Source: Selaginella moellendorffii
Lineage: Eukaryota; Plantae; Lycopodiophyta
DNA: 64,000 nt
Reading direction: 5' to 3'
Assembly (NCBI RefSeq): GCF_000143415.4
Contig: NW_003314284.1
Location: forward strand, 1,408,693 to 1,472,692
Shown here: positions 46,916 to 57,509 of the stretch, piece by piece
Layout: every line of letters starts with the position of its first letter
Numbering within the stretch: the first letter of the stretch is position 1
Program-made: the position numbers and the translations under genes
The notes under the pieces: generated by a model
Seen by the model: the letters and a program-made list of their open reading frames with translations, nothing else
Told to the model about the DNA's origin: nothing
The model's database searches: none

Positions 46916-49900
46916 CTCCCCCACGTACTTTTAAGACTAGGCTCAAGTCTTAAAAATTTGGACTTATGGAGGTTGTAAATGAGACTCTTCTAAGTAGTTG
47001 AAGATGTGGTTAAGTGACTAAAGTAGAATGGAAAAATTAATCACTTACACTTTCCTTAATGTCACTTCTTTAGTCCCTACTAAGTCCCTTTCCATCCATG
47101 GCCATACTTGCTAACAATGTCACTGGGTTAGGGCCCGAAGGCCCTACTCATGTGGTGGGTGATGATATAACCACTGAGGAGTCCGAGGCCAGAATGAACA
47201 CAGATGGACAAGTGGGGTAACTTAGTAAAATGTTCAAAAGTTGGCTCTAGCTCCCCCAGGAGATTGAATAGTCAATGCTCCTAATCAAGTATAGATGGCA
47301 TTACCTACTTAGATATCTAGTGTGGCTCATCGAAACCTAATTCTAGCTATATGGCTAGGGCACCTAAGGGTGGAAGGTGGGGTTTAGTGAAAGGTGGAAG
47401 GTGGGGTTTAGTGAAAGGTGGAAGGTGGAAGGTGAAGTTTGTGTAAGGCTACGGTGTTTCAAAATGTTATCCCAAAGTTCTAAATTATGTAAAGGAAGAG
47501 GAGTAATCCTCTTGTATAGTGACCAAAGATATGGTCACATAGTGAGAAAATCCTAGAGGTCAATAAGACTTAATGGTCTATAACTTTCCTTAGTCATACT
47601 AGCCTTTCCTAGCTAAATTAGTTCCACTGAAGTCTTCCCCCTACTATCCTTTTAGAGCTCATCAAACCCCCTAGAGTCTAGGAGATGATCACTTTGGGCT
47701 TTTACCCTCGGACTTAAACTTGGTCTCCACCCCAATCTTGGTCTTGGTTTTGGTCTTAGTCTCGGTCTTAGTTTCGGTCTTGGTTTCACTCTCAATTTTC
47801 ATCTCAGACTCCTTCTTGGACTCCATTTTGATTTCCTTCTCAGGCTCCACTTTAAACTCTTTCTTTGTTGCAAATGTAACATTGAGTATCGAAAGTTATC
47901 TGTTGGTTAGTCCTTTTAGATATTCTTTCCTTACTACTATGACAGCAGAAGGTTGGTATTGCTGGTCCCTTTTTCATTCTCCGCCTAAGTTAGTTGAGAA
48001 ATTGGTCTTTACATATGCACTTAACCAGATGAGTATAAGGATGGAATTCCTAAGTGTTATTAACATACTTGACTTGGCTAGAGAAACTCATTCATTAACT
48101 TGCACTTGCTAGTGTTAAGATATGTTTAAACTTGGTCCTTCAATATTTACTAATGATAACTTACCATGTTTGCCAAACACCTTTGCTATCATGCCCTTTG
48201 TGTTAATCTCATTCCACTTTTAAATGTTATTTATGGAAAATGTCGAGATCTTCTCCATCTTGGATTTGGTCTTAACATTTCTATATATCATGACACTTGT
48301 CATGTGTTAGTCTTTTTTATATCCCTTTCTAGAGACTCATTCACCGATTGTTTCATGCTCATTCCTTGAACACTTTGTTCAGAGTTCCACTCTTGCTCTT
48401 GGCTTTCTAAGTTAAAGCTTTTGGTCTAAATATGTTACACTTGTTAAACTTCCACTTCAACCACTATTATATGGCATCCTTTTAGCTACACTTTAGGGCT
48501 TACACATTGTTATCATCAAAAGTACAAAGTTGGTGACAAGGTTTTCTTTAAGCTGTCAAATGCATAAAAGTCTTTGAGAGGTGGCAATGTTAAGTTTTTT
48601 TCATGGTATTATGGGCTTTAAACAATTTTACAGTGCATGGAGGATCTTGCTTACACTTTGGACTTATTAATTAGTTTAAATATTCATCTAACATTCCATA
48701 TGAGCAAACTTTAAGTGTGTTTACACTCTAGTGATGTTGCAAATCAATCCATCATCTAGATCTCAAAGATTAATGTTGAGAAAGCTGGTCCAGCCAATAT
48801 TCTTGCTTAAAAATTGGTGAAGACACACTGTAAGACAACTTAGAAGTTGTTGGTTTAGTGGAATAGCTATTACAACTTATATAACATTCTTGATGAAGGG
48901 GAGAATTGAATTTTATAACCATATTACTATATAATTTGAGTTGTTTTCTTTATTTTCATTCATTTATTTCTATAACCATATTGTCATGCCAAAAAGTCAT
49001 ATTACTTTCTTTCTTTCTTTCATGGTTGTTTGTTGTGATGTTAGTGTTTTTTGAACATCTTTTCTTTATGGTCATATTGCCTTGGATTCCCTTCAGGCTC
49101 ATTTAGCTTTTCGAAGCTACTGGTAGTGGCTGGGTCACTAGGGAAGGGAGAATGACACAAATCATAGAAATATTCTAAAAATATTATATGGTATGTGGGA
49201 TTTAAAGCCAGAATGCCTTAACGGGGCTTAGGGTTCACTCCTTGTTTCTTTCAAGAGTGATCCTCTTTGTTCAATGCTTTACTAGTATATTTAGAAATAT
49301 TAATCAAGAGTGCATTGCCATTAATAAATTACAACACTTGAGTAAAGGCCCTAAATCTATATTCACTTATTTCAAATGGTTGCTAATTAATATTTCATGA
49401 GCCAATGTAGCTTTCAAGGGACATGTTTGCCTTTGCCTTTATGAGGATATCAAAGATTTTATTCTTTTTCATCTATCCAACATTTATGTGCCAACGTCTC
49501 ATCTTTATTGATTTTATTACTCACTATGATAATCTATTTTAAGAATAGATTGGAGTATCATTATCAAACCCTTATTCCTTGTCCATCTTAGAGAATTAGT
49601 ACATAATTATGGTAAAGCACAATTCTAATGGAAATTAGAGTCATGTGTTGATGGTGTCTTTTCGATGTTGAACAATGACATTAGATTGAAAATCACTTTT
49701 ACATGTATTATAGAGATTTAGATCTTGTCTTCACACTCACCCTTAAGCTTATGCAATGGATGTTATTCTTCTTCTCATCTTGGCTCAATTCCTTTTTCAT
49801 GGATTTTCAATCCTTTTTACATCACCAATTATTTTCAATTTATTACATTTAGTTTCTCTTTTTAAGTTTTATGTAACACTTATGCTAATACAAACTTCAT

Positions 49901-50712
49901 TAATTGGGAGTTTGCACTTTTCATAGCATTCTCTTTTGATTAGCATAATGTCTAACTTATGCTAAAGTGATGGACAATTGACAAACCTTTTTCATGTTTA
50001 TCACACATGAGATTGCGTTTTGGTGGAGGATAAAGTGTTTGAAACTCATTACAACATTTCCTTCATCTCCCTTTTATCATTCTTGGTTTTTCTTGATTTG
50101 AACTGGTAAACCTAAAAGTGGATTGGAAGTGGCATAATGTTGATCAGACAATTTTTCCTTTTCTAATATTAAATTCTCACAATTTTCTTGTATAAAGTCT
50201 AAGATATTGGCTGTCATGATCTTAATTTCATTTTTACAATTGCCTTTATTTAGTATCAATTTTATTTATTGAAACTAAACCCACTCTTCATTTGTAAGGA
50301 TTAATTTATTATTTTAGTTCTTAATTAATTAGCAGAGGAAATGTATTTCTTTGTCATATTATATTACTTTAACAAAACCTTCCACAAAATTTCAATGAAA
50401 CCTATTGATTCCGGTAATAATATTATTAATATATGCCTGTTTTTCTTATTATTTATTCATTTAGATTTTAATCAATTACAAACATTCGAAAAAACTAGAC
50501 CTAAATATACTGAAGTAAAAGTCGTTCACTTACTGTTTTATTGTATGAATAGAATTTTATTTAGTCTTTTCAATGGAATTTCATTCATCTCTAATTTTTT
50601 TGGAACCTTTTAGTGGTTTATATATAAATAAATACTGATTAAATAGTTTCCTTTTGAAAACTTCAAGATTATAATCTATAAAAATAAAATAAAATAAGCT
50701 TTGCTGTAAGCT

Positions 50713-50792
50713 GGCCGTGAGCTTGCAAGCCCTCTCGCTTCTCAGTCGACACTTCTTTTTCAGCACCATGATACCATCGTCTCTCTCGCCAT
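50713..50792 (-). pseudogene. Truncated third Dof-gene copy (5' end only)
   Basis: Same upstream region and first codons as the copies starting at 52103 and 53388, with an internal deletion. Homology breaks off at ~50713. Confidence 0.85.
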
Positions 50793-51341
50793 AGCTCGTA
50801 CGATCCTAAAGGACTTGACCTTATTTATTTAGATATGCACTAAAGTAAAGGCTGGGTTAGCTTAAACAGCGTAGATTCCCACTAATCCTGTGCGGTTTAA
50901 GGTAAAAATATCAGTCGAAAGATGGATGGATATGCGGCATCCACATCGTAGCGGGAAAAGAGTCTGACGAGAAGCCAGGCATGCGCAAGTATTCTCATCA
51001 CAATGTATGGTTGAGAAAACGAAACTTGTGTAAGAAAGCATTGGCTGTAAATACAATCAAGGCGCTAAAGGTTGATGATAGAAAACTGGTGAAGCTCAAG
51101 ATCTATCTATAGGCATTTCCATAGGTTTCTGTGAGCTCCTTCGTCGTCGGCTTACTGATGGACAGGAAACTATTTTGAGAAAGAGGAGAAAGAAAAAGTA
51201 TATATTTTTTCTTATCTTTGCGGCTTTTCATATATTTGACATACAGATTGAAATATAATACTATGTAGGTTTCTATTCATCAAACAAATCTGGAAACCCT
51301 GGGATCCAACTATAAATTCTTTTGACAAAAATTTCCATGAA

Positions 51342-52103
51342 TCAGCAAGACTGTATTTCTGGCAGGTCTGCCAGAAATCCCTCAATATCAAGAAACACAT
51401 CATTGAATTCTTGAGGTTGCCCCCAGCAATTGGTTTGCATATCTCCACCTTGAACCCCACCAACAAACTCCTGACTAACTTGATCAGCAAACACTCCATC
51501 GCCAAGCTCGCTAGCTTGAGCAAACACTTCTTGCACACAATCACCGAAAGGTACTTGATCCAAGGCTGGCAGAAGCTCCCAACAACTGTTTTGATCAAAA
51601 GCCTCGTGACATATTGGTTGGGCACAATCACCCAGACCATGACCTTGCTCCCAATAAGTAGTTTGATCAAAACCCGCAACACAATCACCCATAACTTGAG
51701 ATGATTCGCCTACAAATTCTTCCTGGACGACTGGAGTGATCTTGTCTCCCCCATGGCTCTTTAAAGTTCTCTTATTTCCACCGGTGGGCGATAGCGATAC
51801 GTCCCTTACCTTGCCACCTTGTGTCCATTTTCCCTTGCACGACCTACAAGCGTAGCGCGGCTGGTCACGCTTGCCAGTACTCTTCTCGTTGTTGTAGTAA
51901 TCGAACCGCGTGTTGTAAGATTGGCACCTTGGGCACTGGTACACGTTGTCCGGAAGGTCGTGGTGCTCCCACACGCCGTACAAGTTTTGATCCCTCACCT
52001 CCTCGGCCGTGAGCTTGCAAGCCCTCTCGCTTCTCAGTCGACGCTTCTTTTTCAGCACCATGATACCATCGTCTTCTCTACTTCTCTTGCTTGCTCTCGC
52101 CAT
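51342..52103 (-). CDS. Atypical Dof zinc-finger transcription factor, copy 1 (253 aa)
   Basis: CPRCQSYNTRFDYYNNEKSTGKRDQPRYACRSCKGKWTQGGKVRDV, an NLS KKKRR and an acidic C-terminus. Confidence 0.88.
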   Translation of the reverse strand: MARASKRSREDDGIMVLKKKRRLRSERACKLTAEEVRDQNLYGVWEHHDLPDNVYQCPRCQSYNTRFDYYNNEKSTGKRDQPRYACRSCKGKWTQGGKVRDVSLSPTGGNKRTLKSHGGDKITPVVQEEFVGESSQVMGDCVAGFDQTTYWEQGHGLGDCAQPICHEAFDQNSCWELLPALDQVPFGDCVQEVFAQASELGDGVFADQVSQEFVGGVQGGDMQTNCWGQPQEFNDVFLDIEGFLADLPEIQSC

Positions 52104-52626
52104 AGCTCGTACGATCCTAAAGGACTTGACCTTATTTATTTAGATATGCACTAAAGTAAAGGCTGGGTTAGCTTAAACAGCGTAGATTCCCACTAATCCT
52201 GTGCGGTTTAAGGTAAAAATATCAGTCGAAAGTATGCGGCATCCACATCGCAGCGGGCAAGAAGGAAAGAGTCTGTCGAGAAGCCAGGCATGCGCAAGTA
52301 TTCTCATCACAATGTATGACAAATGGTTTGGCTGTAAATACAATCAAGGCGCTAAAGGTTGATGATAGAAAACTGGTGAAGCTCAAGATATATCTATAGG
52401 CATTTCCATAGGTTTCTGTGAGCTCCTTCGTCGTCGGCTTACTGATGGACAGGAAACTATTTGAGAAAGAGGAGAAAGAAAAAGTATATATTTTTTCTTA
52501 TCTTTGCGGCTTTTCATATATTTGACATACAGATTGAAATATAATACTATGTAGGTTTCTATTCATCAAACAAATCTGGAAACCCTGGGATCCACTATAA
52601 ATTCTTTTGACAAAAATTTCCATGAA

Positions 52627-53388
52627 TCAGCAAGCCTGTATTTCTGGCAGGTCTGCCAGAAATCCCTCAATATCAAGAAACACATCATTGAATTCTTGAG
52701 GTTGCCCCCAGCAATTGGTTTGCACATCTCCACCTTGAACCCCACCAACAAACTCCTGACTAACTTGATCAGCAAACACTCCATCGCCAAGCTCGCTAGC
52801 TTGAGCAAACACTTCTTGCACACAATCACCGAAAGGTACTTGACCCAAGGCTGGCAGAAGCTCCCAACTACTGTTTTGATCAAAAGCCTCGTGAGATATT
52901 GGTTGGGCACAATCACCCAGACCATGACCTTGCTCCCAATAAGTAGTTTGATCAAAACCCACAACACAATCACCCATAACTTGAGATGATTCGCCTACAA
53001 ATTCTTCCTGGACGACTGGAGTGATCTTGTCTCCCCCATGGCTCTTTAAAGTTCTCTTATTTCCACCGGTGGGCGATAGCGATACGTCCCTTACCTTGCC
53101 ACCTTGTGTCCATTTTCCCTTGCACGACCTACAAGCGTAGCGCGGCTGGTCACGCTTGCCAGTACTCTTCTCGTTGTTGTAGTAATCGAACCGCGTGTTG
53201 TAAGATTGGCACCTTGGGCACTGGTACACGTTGTCCGGAAGGTCGTGGTGCTCCCACACGCCGTACAAGTTTTGATCCCTCACCTCCTCGGCCGTGAGCT
53301 TGCAAGCCCTCTCGCTTCTCAGTCGACGCTTCTTTTTCAGCACCATGATACCATCGTCTTCTCTACTTCTCTTGCTTGCTCTCGCCAT
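52627..53388 (-). CDS. Atypical Dof zinc-finger transcription factor, copy 2 (253 aa)
   Basis: Tandem duplicate at a 1285-bp offset. About 6 amino-acid differences from copy 1, all C-terminal to the Dof domain. Confidence 0.88.
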   Translation of the reverse strand: MARASKRSREDDGIMVLKKKRRLRSERACKLTAEEVRDQNLYGVWEHHDLPDNVYQCPRCQSYNTRFDYYNNEKSTGKRDQPRYACRSCKGKWTQGGKVRDVSLSPTGGNKRTLKSHGGDKITPVVQEEFVGESSQVMGDCVVGFDQTTYWEQGHGLGDCAQPISHEAFDQNSSWELLPALGQVPFGDCVQEVFAQASELGDGVFADQVSQEFVGGVQGGDVQTNCWGQPQEFNDVFLDIEGFLADLPEIQAC

Positions 53389-53599
53389 AGCTCGTATGAC
53401 CCTAAAGGACTTGATCTTATTTATATGTGCACTAAAGTAAAGGCTGGGTTAGCTTAAACAACGTAGATTCCCACTAATCCTGTGCGGTTTAAGGTAAGAA
53501 TATCGGTCCGGAGCGCTGAAAGATGGAAGGAGCGATCAAGGTATGCAGCATCCACATCGCAGAGGGCAAGAAGGAAAGAGTCTGTTGATAAGCCATCGT

Positions 53600-54070
53600 A
53601 AAACGGCTGTATTCCAGGACGTACTTACCGGAGGACCTGACTCAGCGGCCATTAACACAGAGTGGGCACTCTCGGAGCTCATAAAAATCCATCCTGCATG
53701 GCCAAAGCAAAAGATGAGATCGATCTAATATTTGGCGGTAGAGAAGTAAACGAAGATGATCTTTCCAAACTAAAATACCTCAAAGCCGCGGTCAAGGAGA
53801 GCATTCCGCTTGCATCCGCCGGCTTCTCTAATGGCTCCCCACGAATCACTCCAAGACTGCGAGGTAAACGGCTTCACCATCCCTGCGAAAACAAGAGTGC
53901 TGATTAACATCTGGTCGATCGCTCGAGATCCAAGGTGGTGGGGTGACTCTGCAGGGATTTTTAATCCTGAGAGGTATGGGAAGCACTTTGAGCTTCTATG
54001 GATCCGGGAAAAGAATGTGTCCCGTGATGAACTTGGGACGGACAACGGTGGAAATCACTCTGGCTAGGCA
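53600..54070 (+). pseudogene. Cytochrome P450 (A-type/CYP71-clan-like) C-terminal fragment with frameshifts
   Basis: I-helix DVLTGGPDSAAINTEWALSEL, K-helix [37 protein letters not shown] and heme motif GSGKRMCP, spread over three frames. Confidence 0.9.
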
Positions 54071-55704
54071 TTTAAGTGGGAAGTGAGGGTAGGTAACTCT
54101 ACGGTCTTTATCAAGGCTATGTGATTTTTCTTCGAGCGTGAAACAAATGAATGCCAGCCGTAGGTTCTAGGGCTCTTGGAAAAGGTCCATCGATTTCGCT
54201 CTTTTTTCTTCCATGTGGCTTCCACTAAGATTGACTTTTATAGCGTTTACAACTTTATTTGCATTTAGGAAGGTGATAAGTGGAAAATAACATTTTTTAT
54301 ATTAATTATGGCTACTTCAATAGCATGAAAAAAATGAGAGCTTTATATGCTGAGGCGCTTGAGGAATTGTGTCGAAGGCTGAATACAAACTTGCCATACC
54401 CATCTGAACAATTATAAAGTAGATTTAGTGTAAAATATCAACTCCCCTCTTATTGAAAACATCCTTAAATTCACTTGGAGTAACATTCCTTTTATGGGCA
54501 TAAAATACATTTATTAATTATTGAGAATGTAAAATAAAACCTTTGAAAATATTCTTTATGATAAATAATATTAACCCTTTCACAAGATCAATAATATGCA
54601 GCAGAGTGAAATTTCTATGTGGTATAGTCTTGATGCACCCCAAGTGGAGATATTGCCATGAAACCCCACCAAGGCAAGTGAGCAACTCTTTGTTTGATTT
54701 GTTTGCGACAGGCCCATGGCATAGAAGTATCTATGAAAGTGTATTGGATCATCGAAAAGGAAAAGCCTCAGGGTCAGAATCACTATATGACTGTCATCCG
54801 CACGATGAATGAAGATGACCTTGAGTGACCTTAGAGGCAGTGGGAGGACTCTGACTCTCCAGCCATGTATGCGTTGCTTATCCCTAATAAAATTTTACCC
54901 TTTGTTATTTCTTTGCTAATAACAGTTTCCTGATGGAGGAGGTCGGTCGTGTCAAAGGAGGGAACACAAAATCCATGAATCGGAAATTATCTGCAAGCTC
55001 TAGGAAAAATCCGGAGTGTTTTCAAGCTGGGGTGGGACATAGAACCCTTCCGAGTTTGCCAAGGCCTGAATTCGATCTTGCCTGTGAAAAGAGCTACTTA
55101 GTGACTTTAGAAACATAACGGAAGTACCTGTTTGGAGCCAATGTTGAGCTTCGTCCAGGGAACCTTTGTACAGCAAGTCTGCAGACTTGATCTGCTTCGA
55201 GTTCGAGTTGCACATCGCGTCAGAAGAGAAAATAAGCATAGCACAATAAAGATCCAACAATCTTTACCAGCTTTCAATAAAATCATGGAGTAGAGATCAT
55301 CAGAAAGCTCCAATTTTGCCAACATTGTCGCACGGCCAATGTTATAGGATGACCTACGTCGGAAACTTTCCCTGGATTCGAGCAGTATGTTTCCTTCTCG
55401 AAATCTGTAAGTTTCCTCTATATAGCTCTCGAATTTTGATGGTTTTAGCATCTCTTCAATTCTTCTTTCAGAGCTCCACATAGCCCGCTTCAGAAAAATC
55501 ATTTTCGAATATGGCGTTAGGGCTTTCTTATATTTTAGCATCTCTAAGTTGAAAAAATTCATTGTCAAATGAAATATTGTCTATAACCCTATAAACAAAA
55601 TTCGATGCTTTCCTTTGTACTTGAATCTGGGTTTCTTGGAGCTTGAGAGCAGATTTTATTTTTTTCTTTGTTACCAAAAATTTCATCACGCCCGTTAGTT
55701 TGTT

Positions 55705-57220
55705 CTACACATTACTTGTTTCGCCAGATTCCCAGTTTTGATACAGGAGTGCTGCTGCTGCTCGGGCAGCTGCGGAGGAGCTGTATTTCTTACGAAGAGA
55801 AGCCAGCAGTGCTTCGTGAGATTCCTGTGAAAGTTGAATTTTTATAGGATTTAATTGCCTAGCAAGAAAAAATGAGTACCTTGAGCACGCGAACTTCTTC
55901 CTCGAGAGCAGTGGCAGCTTCTTTCTGCGGGCTTAGTGTGAGAAGGATTCGTATGTGATAACCGCAGCTTTTACCTGTCTCCTGATCTTTACTTCCAGCT
56001 CGAGGCTGCGCTTTCTCTCCTGGACCAGCGCCTGGATCGCGGCCTTACGGTTATATTCTGCAGCTTGGACACTTTGTCGAAGGTCTTCAATTCGTTTCCT
56101 CAAGTCAAGCTGGAGATTAAGAAGAAACATTTCATATGAGAAAAAAGAAAGAGAAGCTCAAACCTCATCTTTGTCATTCCAGTTGCGTTGAACGCGAGTT
56201 TCACCCGCCTGTTCCTTGATAGCCTCTTTGGCAGACGTCGTTTTCGAGTTCTGAAAGAGCGGCCTCGCATTGTGATCGTTTGTTCTAGAAAGGAAATTTC
56301 GAATCCTCGACAGTCTGTTCGCGTCAGCTAGCGTGCTGCTCTTGACACCTTGACCACCAGTATTGCGAGGGGCAAGAGAGATCTTTCTTTTGCTACTCGG
56401 CTCCAGTTTGCTGTTGTTAGAACCACCCCTGATTACTTCGCCATCATGTATAACCAGCCTTTCGAACACGGGAAAGTCGGCCTCTTCGGCCTTGAAGTTC
56501 TTGCTGGGCCGGAGTAATGCTTCATCCAGTTTTCTTTTCCCGTTCGGCGACCTGCTCTCCTTGAACCACTCTGACCTCTGTATTCTCGATTTAACGCCAC
56601 TTTCCGGGGATCTACGTCCAAAAGGAACGAATTCCCTGAGCTTGAGCATGCCAACGATGACCACCAGCGCGAGCACACCCAGAAAAATATTTGTTGGAAG
56701 TGATTTCGATGCTGGAACAATCTCCCATTGAGCAGCTCCTACAACACAAGAGTATCAATCGAAAGATATAAAACCCAAACGTCCTTTAAGCGTACCTACC
56801 TTGAAGTGCTAGTGACTGCAAATCGCGAATTTTCTTTAGCAAGTGGACGTGCTACATAATTTTCTTTCATCAGTCCAAGAGCCCAAAAACAAAGAAAAAG
56901 AAAGATCAAAGTACCTGTCCCTCGTCCTTCCTAGAGATCCGTCCAGTCCCATTTATCGTGAAAGAAGAAGGCGCGGAAACGTCGCGAAGATTTCCCCGGC
57001 GACGAGACGAGGCCAAAGAATTGCTTCTCGGGTTCCTGATCTCTAGCCCAAAGCTACATTCTGCTATATTTCTACCTTGCAAGCATTCCAGCGACAAATT
57101 CCAGCTTCCACTGGAGCCGCTGCCACTGCTGCTAGTACCACTGCCACTGCCGCTAACCCTGCTGCAAGAACACAGACCTGCGACAATCGCTGCGCGGTGG
57201 AGCTCGCCGCAAGCCCGCAT
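55705..57220 (-). CDS. Multi-exon protein with a Ser-rich transit-peptide-like N-terminus, one TM helix and a C-terminal coiled coil
   Basis: Exons at about 57220-56915, 56737-56165, 56110-55975, ~55930-55881 and ~55825-55705. TM segment IFLGVLALVVIVGML; coiled coil LRKRIEDLRQSVQAAE. Family not recognised. Confidence 0.65.
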
Positions 57221-57509
57221 TCTCGCGCGCGCGCGCTCACCGCCTGTGGATCACGCGATCGCCGTGGCACTTCATTTAGAGCACACTCCAGCCCTAATCC
57301 CTGGCCAGTTTCCAGCGAGGAGGATTTCTTATTTGATATGTCCGAGCGATGACTTGACACAAAAGGAGAGATTCTTTTTTATTTTCTCTCTCTTTTGAGC
57401 GTGCGTGCCTGGCAATGGCATTATTATCTATCTGGAAAGAAGCGAATCTTTTGGGGCAAACTTTTAAATTTTGGCGGGAAGAGCTAGGGCAAGGGCGAGC
57501 TAGGGCGCC

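Larger units (their letters stand above)
40758..47049 (+). mobile_element. Middle LTR of a related family in opposite orientation, interrupted by the chromovirus
   Basis: 40773-40930 is the inverted homologue of 48320-48504, and 46960-47049 is the inverted homologue of 40373-40460. Flanks CCTTC/CTTTC. Confidence 0.65.
40373..48504 (-). mobile_element. Outer solo-LTR insertion, itself interrupted, with a perfect 5-bp TSD CATTG
   Basis: TGTAAG at 40373 and CTTACA ending at 48504; CATTG at 40368-40372 and 48505-48509. Confidence 0.85.
37300..49250 (+). mobile_element. Old, heavily degenerate Ty3/gypsy element, split at 40372/48505 by nested insertions
   Basis: RT remnants ([12 protein letters not shown] ~38520; YLDDILVFS 38626), RNase H (DVSDIAIRVVL ~39070) and integrase (WDSILIDFI 39760). 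The integrase tail ANKHC|YHQKYKVGDKVF resumes after 48509. PPT AGGGAAGGGAGAA is followed by an LTR start TG at 49153; a similar LTR piece lies at ~20100-20210. Confidence 0.85.
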
